In this document: one piece after another, positions 37,901 to 50,303 of the stretch
Numbering within the stretch: position 1 is the stretch's first letter
How the letters are laid out: each line of letters opens with the position of its first letter
Source of the DNA: Asterias rubens
Taxonomy: Eukaryota
DNA length: 64,000 bases
NCBI RefSeq assembly: GCF_902459465.1
Contig: NC_047077.1
Coordinates: 10,912,001 to 10,976,000 of the forward strand
Direction: 5' to 3'
The notes under the pieces: model-generated
Databases searched by the model: none
What the model saw: only the letters and a program-made list of their open reading frames with translations
Told to the model about the DNA's origin: nothing
Program-made: the position numbers and the translations under genes

Positions 37901-40900
37901 TTGCACAAAAATAGACCCAGACAGATCCCAGCGCCGTTACATAGGAGAAAATCCAGGACCAGGGAGTCCCACCAGCACTCCGCAAAGTTGGGCAGAAGGT
38001 GGATGAAGGCAAACTGGATAAATTACAAAATACCAAGGGTTAAAAAATTATCAAATTCAAGTAATAAACCACAAGCAGGCATGATTTTGGGTCCTTTGGA
38101 AATCAGTAGGAATATTTTATCAAGTACACTATGTACACATGATGTCGCCTTTAATAGAATTTGACTGTTCCTTCACAAGAGCCAAACAATTTAACAATCA
38201 GACTAAAGTAGGAAGAATGTCAAGTCTGCAAAAAGGAAATTGACTGACTGGCTAAGTTTTAAACAATTTGGGGTCGAACAAAGAGACTGAATGGCACCCC
38301 TAACAAAGATAATGGAGAAATAGCATTAAGCTAGATAGCTCAGTTGGTAAAGCGCTGGTACGCTTATCTGGAAATTGTTGGTTCAAACCTCAAGTCTACT
38401 CAAATTTCCTTTCGTTCCATCCCAAAAAGTTGTTAAGCATACAGCTCATTCTTTACTACAAATCCAAGCCCTGTTTTTAACTTTTTTGGAGAAAGAGAGA
38501 GAGAGAGTTATATTTTAAAACTGAAGGTACCTCTGTTAGTTCCCATGTAAAGCTCAGCGTCCATAAGATCCCCCAATGCCGAATCATCATTGCTTTGACG
38601 ATCCAGCCGAAAAAATGTGAGAATGCAAACCAGTCCAGGTGACCCCACACTCGCTCAAAGGTTATGTCTGAACAATTAACTGCGTAAGACTAGAGAGAGA
38701 AAGATGATACGTGTAGTGAGTTGAAATGTTTGGATTGTGCAGTAAAGACCTTTATCACCCTGTCACCATCTTGGTCATGTTCCCTGTTTCCAATAACAGT
38801 AATGAATGCTAACATTCATTGCGCATGGCACCAGACTATTATTTCGTCCAGCCTCAGTTTGGTTAATGAGTTGGAATGGAGTAAAATCAAGATGACCACA
38901 CCGTGATAAAGATCTATCGACATTATGAAGTTCATCCTCTCCAGAGGAATGTTTCCATCTGAAAACTTGGCAATGGAAAAAAAGCATTTGAAAATTGTAA
39001 CATCATGCTCAACAAAATGTTAGTCATTTATTCATTCATTCATTTATTAATTTGACAGGTTAAAATGAAATATTTATTTAAAAAAAAGGATAATGAAAAC
39101 ATATACACCATACACAAATTAGCACCTCTGATGTTTAAAAAAAAAAGGAAACTATAGCTATCAAGTTAGTCTTGTTGTTTGGTGTTTTGAATAAAACCAA
39201 ATTGAATGAACGAAATAAAAAAAATAAAAGTTTAAATGCTGTAATAAAAATCTACTCTCCCCAAAACTAAAGATGTATTTTCCCCTTCTCACTAGGCCAC
39301 ATAAAATTAAAAAAACAACCTTTTCAGCTGATATTTTTTTCAAAATGTACAGGTTTGACAAGATGTTTAAAGAAAGTTTTTATTCATGTTGGCAAAGCAA
39401 GCACAATTCTTAAAATATTTACTTGGGCTACACTGTGCTTAGTTGTTTGAAAAAGTTTACAGAAAACGGCATACAGGAGTTAAATTTGTTTGACAAAACT
39501 ATTGAAAACATCAAAAACACACAAACCCTCTGTTTTTTAGTGATTTTGATGATTTCTTTATTCTTGATTTCATATTTGGCATGTCAACAAAACTTTTAAA
39601 AAAATATTTAAAAAATCCCTCCCTCCCCCATCCGCAAAAAAAAGGACGATCAACAATTTTTTTTTATGTGGCCTTAGCCCGACTGACAGGACTTACTTTT
39701 TCTGTAGGTTGTTGCGCTTCAAGATCGGGGAAGAACCAGACCATAATGCGACGGATGTCTTGGTAGTTTTGAAACAAAATGAAGACAAGAAGCAATAGAT
39801 ACATCACACTGACACCTAGTAGAGGAAGCATTAAACACATCAATAAGAATTAGTACAAACTTATCAGCCAGGCCTGCTACTTCTATCTTTATATTTGGTG
39901 TGTTTAAAAAAAAAACTTGTGTGAGCAATGCAATTTCTTCTTTTGGAGATCAATAAAGTTTTCTTATGTCTTATGTCTTACTCCATGGAGGCAACGAAGG
40001 CGATTGCCTCATTGCCCTTTGGACATATTGCCTTTGTGCCCTTGCAATGAAATATACAATTTCCTCAAAGGGTGCCCTTTTCAAGGAGAAAATGCCTCGG
40101 TGCCCTTGCCCTTTCAAAATCAAAGCATACATGTACAGGCCTGGGCCCAATTTCATAGAGCTGCTAAGCACTAAAATTTGCTTAGCATGAAATGTCTTCC
40201 TTGATAAAAACAGGATTACCAACGAAATTTCCATTTGATGCATATTGCCTGTTACTGGTATTCAGCTGATTGTTTGCTTATCCTAAAATAAAACATGGAA
40301 ATTTGGTTAAAAATCCTGTTTTTATGAAGGCAAAAATTTCATGCTAAGCAAATTTTTGTGCTTAGCAGTGCTATGAAATTTGGCCCTGATCAGCTCATCC
40401 AAGCAGTCTCAGAAGAAACAGGTGGCTGGGGCCGAGCGAAATTGAAGTATGACCTCCTTCCATAAAAATGTTTTTGTTGTTAACAGATACAAACTTACCA
40501 AATACAACTCGCCATAATGCTGGATGGGGCCTTGTAAATGGACCTTGACAAAAAAAGAATAAAAAAGAATTAGGTACTTTATAATGTTTTTTTTTTAATA
40601 AGATATCCTTGAGCAAGATACTTTACTATAATTGCTTCTCTTCACCCTGCGAGGGTAAAGGTTGATATTGTGAATGAAAAGCCTTTGGAGCGATATAAAC
40701 TGTTGCCCAGGTTGTATTCTCCCAAGGGAGCTGAGAAACATTAAAAAGGGATGTTATTGGCCCTATGACCAGGGCACTAATGTAAAGCGCATTGATACGG
40801 TTATTGTGAAATGCGCTAATAAAGAATTGTTATCGTTATATCGCCTAACATCACAAGGTCGGACAGCCACTTCGTTTTTTATTTTTTTTTAAACAGCTAA

Positions 40901-43826
40901 CTGAGCAGAATGTTTTCAACAAAAATGGTATTTTAACTTGTTTATAATGCACCTGTTCACCATTTTAATGTAATTTTGATATTTGTACACTTCTGAATTT
41001 TTCGTAATTATCGACTATAAAATCAGGCCCCAACCTAAAGGTTTTGAAAAACTAAAAACACTTCTGCCGTCGAGAGCGCGTGTCAAAGGACAATGCCGCT
41101 GACGTCATCTCTGGGAGCTTGCTTTGTTATGCCTCCACGCTGCAACAAAGCGGCTTTACAAATTGGAGCTCCCAGAGATGACGTTTTGAGAGTGATTACG
41201 TAACAGGGCTTTTCGCAAATCTCTCAGAAAAGCGCTGGATAAGGGCATTCAAAATGATAGTTTTTTTACACAATTGAAAACTTTTTATTGTCATATGACT
41301 CGATTTCCCTATTCTTTGAAAACATTTTAAGTGAATTTCAGCAAAGTTTACGACTTGAAATTTTCGTTCAAGCAGGTCTTTAACCTCAGCTTCACCTTGT
41401 AATAGATTTTTTTTTTTTTTTGGTGATGTATTTTGTAACTTTTAATGTATTTTCTCTATAACGAACCCAACCCTATGTGGTTGCAAATAAAAATGATCCT
41501 TATCCTTATCTAAGATGAGGGTTACACATGAATGATTTGGGCTGGCGACCCAAATCAACAGTCACCATAATGCTACATACTCCTGGACACTATTTCACAA
41601 AACTCTTCCTAACTTAAGACTAATCTTAGGACTAATCTTAGGACATTAGGACGAGTCCCAACACTGCACTGCAGCATGCAGACCTTAAGATTAATCCTAA
41701 GTTAGGACGAGTTACTAGTCCTAACTCGAGATAAGACGAGTCCAAACTGTTTGTGAAATCGACCCCTGGGGCTGAAACATTAGTGCTCGCTTCACAGTCC
41801 GTTAGGATGTATGCATTCATGGGTATCATCCACTAGGAGCCTGGCAATAATAGCATGACTTGTAGAGCAGAATACACTATCTTCAAAACATTTGAAGTTT
41901 GCAATAATGGGTTTAGAAGTGCCTTGCTCAAGGTCACCAAAGTGTAGGACCAGGATTCGAACCCACACTCTGTTGCTGACAATTATCAAAATAGCCAGTG
42001 TAAGAAACAAGCATGGAATTTAATGGAGGCCACATCCTTTTAAAACTTCTGTCCTTGGCATGTTTAATGATTACCATACATTAAGCATACATGTAGGCTT
42101 TATGAAGTTGGGTCTACTACTGCAGGTGTCAACAATCCGTGGACTGTGGTTATTTGTCAAATCAAAACTAGGACTGGGCCCAGTTTCATAGAGCTGCCAA
42201 GCACAAACATTTGCTTAGCATGAAATTTTTGCCTTAAAAAAAACCCCAGAATTACCAACCACTTGATTTTCAGGATTTGCAAACAGCAGCTGAATACCAG
42301 TAACAAGCAATATGTAACAAACGGTAATTTGTTTGGTAATCACACTTGAATAAGGCAAAAATTTCATGCTAAGCAAATTTTTGTGCTCTATGAATTGGGC
42401 CCTGCACTGTGCACTTTGGAAGATATCTGAATTACCCAACACTATAGCCATGCAGCTCTTTGACTCTATTTACCGTTTGGGAATGCAAGTAGACTGATAA
42501 GAAGAAAGAAGAATACAACACAGCACAGACCATTGCGGATATTGCCATCGTTGCTTGTGTCACTCGTTCTGAAGTGATGAAGAAAAAAAATATGCACAAA
42601 ATAAACAGATTATGAATAAATAAATAAAAATTTATGAAGTTTGAATCCCACCAGAGTAACATGTCTGTGATATTTTTTCACAAGACTCGGGAAAGTACTG
42701 AGTATACAGTGCTAACACACATCGGTGTATGGGTAGAAACCAAAATTAATATAAACAAAAATTTAAATTTAACTATTGAATACAATTTTCACACACTTGT
42801 AAATGAGTAAAGCCTGGTTCATTTGCGAATGCTAATGCGAGGCAAATTTTATTGTTACATGGCTGTGTTCGCAGCGAATGTTTTGCAGGAGTTGAACACA
42901 GTTCAACTGTTGCGAATGATTCGCTGCGAATTTGTGAAGGCAAAATTCGTATTGCATTCGCATTCACAGGATATATGAACTTGGCTTTTTCTTTGATGTC
43001 ATATCCATGGACTCGGAGGTTGGTTTTTTTGAGAAATTTCCATGTTGTTCATTTGTGAATGAAGGGACCAGAAGGGATGTGATTGGCACAGTTGTAAAAA
43101 TCGTAACCTATTGTAAATATTGATAATTCTAACTCCGTAACTGTCATGATCTATGAGGTATGACCGTGCTTGCTAAGGCTGCTAATGTTTTCATTGGAAA
43201 AGTTTCCGTATGGCGCCACCACTTTTTTATTTATGAAATAATAAAGTATCTAATTTGCCATATCCCTTTTTGTAAAATTTTGTAAAAAAGCGGTGGCGCC
43301 ATACGGAAAGTTATCCACAAATAAAACTATAAAAAAAGTACAATTAAATAATGATTTAAAAATAATTATTAAATATAATAATTTATTATTTTATTAAAAT
43401 AACATTAACAACATATCAATAGGCCTACTGTACCTATCCAGTTGGACCTATTGTGAGAGGGAGTACAGAATAGTTTTGTATCTGCATTTATAAAAAAATA
43501 TGTGGCTCAAATAAATGTAGGTCAAATCGGGCATTTTGTACCATCTCGCGGCCCCGCCTGCTGGACAAAGTCGACTTCCCTATAATATAATATTGGCAAA
43601 CAAAAAGGTCGACTTGTCTCCGTACAACAAAAGGGGGGAAAATGACTTACTTTGTGAATGCAAAGTAGACTGTAGCGATCAGCGCAGCTAAAAGAAGCGT
43701 AAGTGTGTGTGGTTTGTAGAAAAATTCCAGGTTGATATCCTCAACGGACTGTTCATTGATCAGCCGAAAATGATCGCTCATTTCAGAGGCAGATAGTCGC
43801 CTGTGTCCTCGCCTGGAAATCGCCAT
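31944..43826 (-). CDS. PTDSS1: Phosphatidylserine synthase 1, 13 exons, 459 aa
   Basis: Exons 43651-43826, 42474-42568, 40499-40543, 39697-39815, 38531-38689, 37862-38013, 36588-36647, 36074-36155, 34949-35061, 34124-34189, 33574-33673, 32965-33027 and 31944-32093; 1380 nt in frame. Motifs [65 protein letters not shown] match PSS1. Confidence 0.95.
33858..33962. mobile_element. Family B fragment inserted at the TTAA of a SINE CORE
   Basis: SINE head ...gagcaagacacTTAA runs directly into agccattggacactttcagt. Confidence 0.7.
35165..37837. mobile_element. Four intronic TTAA MITEs in PTDSS1: B 35165-35541, A 35632-35998, A 36793-37179, A 37451-37837
   Basis: TIRs and TTAA ends are visible on each copy; PTDSS1 exons at 36074-36155 and 36588-36647 lie between them. 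Confidence 0.85.
40144..40385. mobile_element. Harbinger-like MITE family F
   Basis: CTG-GGCCCAATTTCATAGAGCTGCT ... AGCAGTGCTATGAAATTTGGCC-CTG; the copy at 42177-42401 also has CTG on both sides; others at about 30660-30955, 32644-32850, 34740-34897 and 61237-61480. Confidence 0.8.
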
Positions 43827-44604
43827 TTCTACACAAAACAGGACCAGTTGACCGTGCAGCCGGCTTGCAGCAGACGGTTCGATTGTCGGTGATGATTTGT
43901 GTAAAAGGCACATGTCATTAGCGTTTTTTCCGATCTGATGTTTGCGCCCAACTATAGTTGGGTTGTCCAATTATAGTTACGCTGATTCAATCATAAGTAA
44001 ACTTCACTTGTGGGCCAAGCCCAACTGCAGCTGGGCTTAGTTACTTAAGTTGGGTCAATCTTCAACGAGTGCACTATATAATAAAGAGCAGAAAGGAAAC
44101 CGGAGAATGTTTGGTGAGTTTGTAGGGCTGCACAAAGTGTGTAAAAACAAAAATCAGCTTGAGCTCATTGTACGAATGGGAGTGCTTAATTTGTCAGGTA
44201 CTTATTCAATTGAGTTTGGGTGTCTTTGAAATTGAAGAGGTCTATTGCTATTTGATTTACTAATCTTACTATGACCATATGACATGCAGTTTTGCACAGT
44301 GCAGCATTACACGGGTAGAGCATGTACATGGGGGGGGGGGGGGCTTTGGCAAGCAGTTAGTGGGTGGGGGGGGCAGAGGCAGAGCTAGAGGCAAACTTAA
44401 GGGTAGTATTTGGCAAAGTAGGCATTGAACAAGGAAGCCATCCATTGTTCTACTCCTAGAACTATGTATGAGCATGGAGGTAGAATTAGATTCTACCTCC
44501 ATGACCATGGTATGACTCTGATGAGGTTCATTCGTGGAGACGTTAACGTTATATCGTCTATAATACTCATAGCGGATCAGAAATCAGAACGAACCTCGTT
44601 AGGG

Positions 44605-45182
44605 TTAGGCCAAATATAAAAAAATACCAGTTGATCTTCCGGATTTTTCAAAAAAGAGGAGGATGAGGACCTTATTATTTACTATTTCCTTTTTTTTTTT
44701 TCAAGATGGCCGCTTTGTATTTCAAATCAAACAGGCCACCAATTCTTCAGTTTGAATCAACCGAAAACTTATTTTATACCTTTATTAGTTGCATGAGGAC
44801 CTGTGTTAACACTTAAACAGGGTCGGATATCACTAAAAAGATTTGCTGGTTGGCATTCACTAATATTGTTTTATGAAACGGACAGTTACAAGTGTTCGAG
44901 AGCATCACGTTAGATTCGCGAAAAGCTCCTAGGCCAGTCCTTTTGAAAATATGGCTAAAAAAAACTTTCTTTTTTTCCCTGTTTTATGAAACAGACAGTT
45001 ACAAGTGTTCGAGAGCATCACGTCAGATTCGGGAAAAGCTCCTAGGCCAGTCCTTTTGAAAATATGGATAAAAAAACTTTCTTTTTTTCCCTTTTTTTTA
45101 CAAAAATCAAAAAATAATAAATAGTTAAAAAAAGGATGCGGCCCCCAAAATGATCAACGCATTTTTTTTATTTGGCCTTAAG
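44605..45182. mobile_element. TIR element in the MTERF3 5' region with an internal tandem duplication of about 115 bp
   Basis: ttaggccaaatataaaaaaat ... atttttttatttggccttaa; internal ttttatgaaac.gacagttacaagtgttcgagagcatcacg... occurs twice (about 44871 and 44982). Confidence 0.65.
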
Positions 45183-45770
45183 TCATCACTCAGTCAGTCA
45201 GTCATACTTGGGCCTACTCATAGTTCTAACTTTTTCTAGATCTATAGGCATGATACTGAGGAGGAGTACTATTGTTCCATAACCATCTGGTTACAGTCAC
45301 AACCAAGTTACTAGTTAGTGAAGTAGTTGCAATAGATCCTTCCCATGAATTATGTAAATTGCACGTAGCGCGTGCGCACTAACGTTTTGGTTGGCAAAAT
45401 GAGGGAACATCGCGCTGTTTTGTACACGGCTAATGGGTGCGTGACGCAGGCGCGACTGCACGGCTTATGGGTGCGTGACGCAGACGCGACTGCGCGTCTG
45501 CTTAGAGCACAACTCTTTGGCGTTTGCCAACCAACAGGGTCTGTACGCATGCGTGAATGTAATTAGCATATTTCATGGGAAGGGTCCATTGTAACCCCCC
45601 TCCTGAAGGGGGGGGGGAGCTCTTCACTAAAATGCTTGCTGCTTTATAATTGCTTCGTGTTATGAGGAGGGGAGGCGAGGGATCAGGTGGGGAGGTGACC
45701 TGAGAGATAACTATAGGCATATCATTAACCAATTTTTTTGTTTGTTCTATACTGCAGTTTTTCTACATGA

Positions 45771-48700
45771 ATGAGTCATTATAAGACCATCGCCATGGCA
45801 ACCAAGATGTTTCCAAAATCATTCGCCTACTACCAGTCCCTGAACAGTAAAACAAATCTTGCAGTGTGTAGAACTAATACCATTAGGTGTCTTTCGACAT
45901 TGAGTCAACAAAGATGGAGAAAGGCAGCAGGAGGGATAAACGACTGTCTCTCTAAGAAATACTTTGAAGGAACAGTCGGTCTAAGTGCAGCTTCACCAAA
46001 AACTGATGCCACAGGATGGCATCAAATTCTGCAATCACCATGGCGTCTTTCAAAAACATGGCTATCTACTGGGAGCAGTTTTGTAATATGTGCTCCACGT
46101 GATGAACACGGAAATGGAGACAGGCCTTCTACATCTGTCTCTGGTATTCTACACACAGATACTTCTGGTGTCGCAAAAACAGATAGCAAAGAAATAAATG
46201 CACTAGATGATGACGTTTTGAAGACAGAAACAAGAAACTCAGACAGTGTTACTGTTAGCATTGATACAGAAAATATATATCCTGCCAGTCGAACAGGGAC
46301 AACAAGCAGAGAGCCAACTAAAGTAAACAGTGATTTGATTAATGCCCGTGAGGATGGTGGGATAGGCCTCTTAGACGACGCAGATGAAGATGACGTCCTG
46401 GCGGCGCAAGACTCTCCGATGGTCTTGGAAGAGTTCATCAAACCGTTTCTGCCAACGGAATCCCTAACCCTAGCCTCGTATGCAGACCATTCGGTTACTA
46501 TACAGAAACTTGTTGAGCTTGGAGTCGACCTATCGAAGGTGGAAAAGAAGGCTCGCATCGGTAATGCCCTCCTGAAGATGGACTTCGAGAAAGACATCAA
46601 AGATAAGATCATCTTCTTGCACGATGTTGGGATATCGGGGGAAGGACTGGGTCGCTTTCTTACCATCAATCCTTTTGTCTTGACGGAAGAACTACAGAGT
46701 CTGGAGGCTCGGATCGGCTACCTAAGAGGGAAGAAGTTTTCTGAGGATGCCATCACGAGAGTGCTGACGAGAGCCCCGTTTTTCATCAGTTTCTCAGTAC
46801 GTGAAAATGCTCTTTACTTATTTAATTACCAGGCATGTATGCTTCATTTTTGAAAGAGCAAGGGCACCAAGGCATTTTCTCGTTGGTGAAAGGCACCCTT
46901 TGAGGAAAGTAAATTTCTACTGGAGCATTTAAAGGGCACATTACTTGAGCATCTTTGAATCAAGACTAATTTGTTAATGTTTCGTAAAGATCTAACATTT
47001 ATCTTAAAATGCGGATCGATCTTAATTGCTAAGCAAAGTGTGATGTCAAAATGAGGGAAATCACGATGGCAAATTTGACAACTCTTCTTTTAGATGAGTC
47101 TCGTTTCTGTGTGAAATCCCAGTTGTCCACCATATTTTAGTGACTTGCCAGGCAGCTGTAAACAGTTTGCTTGTTGTGTCACTAAGTCCAGACTGTTCCA
47201 TTATTTCGTATAGGGATGTTTTTCAACACTAAACCTGTAATCTGGACCACTGGGCATGCTTGGAAAGAGATTTGAAAGGTCCTCGGGTGTTTCAACTAGC
47301 ATTTGGCCAGCGATTCACTGTTAACATGGTTAAAGGGTTTGAGTACTTTTTGTAGGAAACAAAACAACATGTCCACAGATTTACATTAAACTTACATGGT
47401 TTGAAGATAATGGTGGTAGAAAGCTTCTCGTAAAATATTACTTGCTGATTAGTGTGCTGTATTTTTGAGAAATGACTACTGGTATTTGAATTAACTGGTA
47501 TACGTACATAGGCCTACATGTACATGCTGAAATAATGTTCGTCTCCTGAGCAAAATTATTATTTCTTGACATTGTTTTACTAGTTTTCAAAAACTGCAGC
47601 ACCTCAGCAAGTAATATTTTAAGGGAAGCTTTCTACTATTATCATTTCAAACTGTGTAAGTTCAATGTAAATCTGTGGACATTGTGGTTTGTGTCCTACA
47701 AAAATTAAGAAGAATTTGACATAGTTGGCCTATCCAACCTGTGATGTTGAGCAGTTACATAAAAGTGGAAAGATGACAGTGTAGTCTTTTAAAGGCAGTG
47801 GACACTATTGGTAATTACTCAAAATCATTATTAGCATAAAACCTTACTAGATAACTAGTAATGGGGAGAGGTTGATAGTATAAAACATTGTGAGAAACGG
47901 TTCCCTCTGAAGTGACATTGTTTTCGAGAAAGGAGTAATTTTCCATGAATTTGATTTCAAGACCTCAGATTTAGAATTTGAGGTCACAAAATCAAGCATC
48001 TGAAAGCACACAACTTCGTGTGACAAGGGTGTTTTTTCGTTCATAGTTTTCTCGCAACTTCGACGATCAATTGAGCTCAAATTTTCACATGTTTGTTATT
48101 TTATGCATATGTTTAGATACACAAAGTTAGAAGACTGGTCTTTGACACTTACCAATAGTGTCCAGTGTCTTTCATCAATTTAATTTTGATTCTGTAACAG
48201 GTGGAGAGAGTTGATAGTAAATTGGGTTTTTATCAGAAGGAGCTGAGCTTAACTGGAAATGAGCTTCGGAGTGTTATCACAAAGATGCCCAAGGTAGGCC
48301 TAAGATTTGTTCAACCAGTCCAGGCTAAAAGCAGAATTGTTTATTGGGGTGTTGGAACCTTGTACAAAAAGCAAAACAAGTAAGAGTAAGAGCAACTTTG
48401 TTTTCATTTCAGTTGGTCACGTTTAAAGTGCAACATATCAAGGAGAGTCTGTTTGTGATCCGGCAACAACTCGGCTTCACAAGATCGGAGCTGAAGAATC
48501 TCATTCTTGAAGATCCAAGGGTGCTCCTCAGAGGTATAGTACAAGGAATGTTTTCTTCTTGATCATTGTCAACCCTCCTACTGTATAATAATAAATAATA
48601 ATAATGTTGAACATTTCTAGTGCGCCATGTCTGTCAATGATGACACTCCTGGCGCAAAAAAACAAGAACTTCGCTAATACACAATGACACAAGACAACCA

Positions 48701-50303
48701 AAAGTTTACCTGTGACCTCCTAATTACCGTTCGGCGCTCTACCAACTGAGTTGTCTAGCTCATGTTGGCGTCTACCTATTTTGTCAATATCGTTTTTGTC
48801 AATATCTATTTCGTCAATGTCCTTTGTGGCGTGTCATGTCCAAAAGGTTAAGAGCACTGGATTCAAGCTCTGGTGTTTGATCAGCAGAGGGTGGGTTCGA
48901 GTTCCAGTCGTGAGACTTTTGTCCGTAAGCAAGATACCATGATTGCTTCGTAAAGTTGGGGAGGTAACATGTACATGAAGTGCTTTCTGCTCCACCAGCC
49001 AGGCTTCTGATTGATGATACCCAAGCCAAGGGTGTCCCCCTGTTTTAGCCCCAGGAGTAGGTGGCAACGGCCCCTGGGAAAAAGTTGATTGTAGCCCACA
49101 CCTTGAAGTGGCCTTCAGGCCTTGTGTGTCAACCGAATTGCATAAAAAAAATTTTAAAAAATATTTGTTCGGGGTGCCACATTTAGTTCACATTTATTGG
49201 TATTCAACGGATTTTTCTGCTCTCGTGCTTGGATTGGGAGAATAGCACAAGACAGGAGAGAAAAACTTGTGTCCGCCTTCTATGCAGCCGACTGATGATG
49301 ATGATGATGGTATTCAACCATATTCACAAGTCAAGTTTGTTTTTGTTTTCAAGATTTGCAAAGAGTTACAAATCCATTGAGTTTTCTTGATTGTGCAGCC
49401 GACTGATGATGATGATGGTATTCAACCATATTCACAAGTCAAGTTTATTTTTGTTTTTCAAGATTTGCCAAAAAATTCCAAATCCATTCAATTTTTCTAG
49501 ATTAACAGCAGCAAGTCCTATTTTGTTTCACAGGTAAGAAAAAGCTGATAAGCACTTTTGATGTACTGCACAACCACATGGGTATCCCTCACAAGCAACT
49601 TGTGAAGAATCCCCAGGTGTTCAATGGAAGAGTCTACAAGTTGCAAGAGAGGCATCAGGTAGGAATTAATCCAACCCCCAAATTATTTACCCTGTACCTT
49701 TGTTTACAAACAGAGTGACCTTACTACATCCCATGTTTTTTTCCTGGCAGGCGAGATTGTACACAGGGAAATTTGTCATAAATGCAACAAATTCAAGAGT
49801 TAAAAAATGAACAACTGAACAAGTTTTGAAAGTGTAAGATGTTTTGTTTTCTTCCACTGCGCTGTGCACAAATGGTGCCTGCATGAAGGCATGAAGTCAG
49901 AGTATACAGTTCTTAACAGACATCGGTGTAAGGGCAACACCTCTATAATATATTTTGTTATCCCCGGTGCAAAATTAATATCTAATAAACCTCTCATTTT
50001 AAATTCTCACACGGTACATTTGGATACCCACATGTACACAACCCTCCCCTCAGTCATAACTTTTTTTTAAACGTACTTCTGAAATTCAAAAAAAATTGTA
50101 ATTGTTCATATTGAATTTTTATTTCTGAATCTCATATTTTATTGTTTCAGTTCCTGAAATTGCTTGGCCTCGCTCAGTACGACCCGACCAAGCCGGGCTA
50201 CATCTCAACTGAAAACTTATCTAAGGTTCCAGATGCTGCCTTCGCACAAGAAATCGCCAAGTCCTCCATTAATGAATACAATACTTTCTTAAAGACACTG
50301 TAA
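45771..50303 (+). CDS. MTERF3: Mitochondrial transcription termination factor 3, 5 coding exons, about 505 aa
   Basis: Exons 45771-46796, 48201-48293, 48413-48533, 49534-49658 and 50151-50303. Basic N-terminal transit-like peptide; LASYADHSVTIQKLVELGVDLSKVEK, LLKMDFEKDIK, ERHQFL..LGLAQYDPTKPGYIS, FLKTL* match MTERF3. The exact start Met is uncertain. Confidence 0.93.
47330..48173. mobile_element. TTAA MITE family E (47330-about 47705) plus family A (47789-48173) in MTERF3 intron
   Basis: ttaaagggtttgagtactttttgtagga...; second E copy at about 57228-57572 ending gaccctttaa. Confidence 0.75.
49283..49500. repeat. Intronic tandem duplication of about 110 bp
   Basis: tgcagccgactgatgatgatgatggtattcaaccatattcacaagtcaagttt... 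occurs twice back to back. Confidence 0.85.

Noticed and set aside
38720-38990. Coding-like ORF in PTDSS1 intron 4 as an alternative exon
   Set aside because: No PSS similarity, and the PTDSS1 frame closes perfectly without it; possibly an old TE fragment, but unsupported.
46022-46669. 215-aa minus-strand ORF
   Set aside because: Antisense shadow of the large MTERF3 exon.
591-48080. Recurrent 60-90 aa ORFs such as [32 protein letters not shown] as a gene family or transposase
   Set aside because: Chance frames in the family A MITE consensus; broken differently in each copy and with no DDE motif.
17342-50303. CTSB linkage with PTDSS1/MTERF3 as conserved synteny (all on human chromosome 8)
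   Set aside because: The human loci are on different arms and far apart; same-chromosome location alone is weak evidence without a linkage-group analysis.
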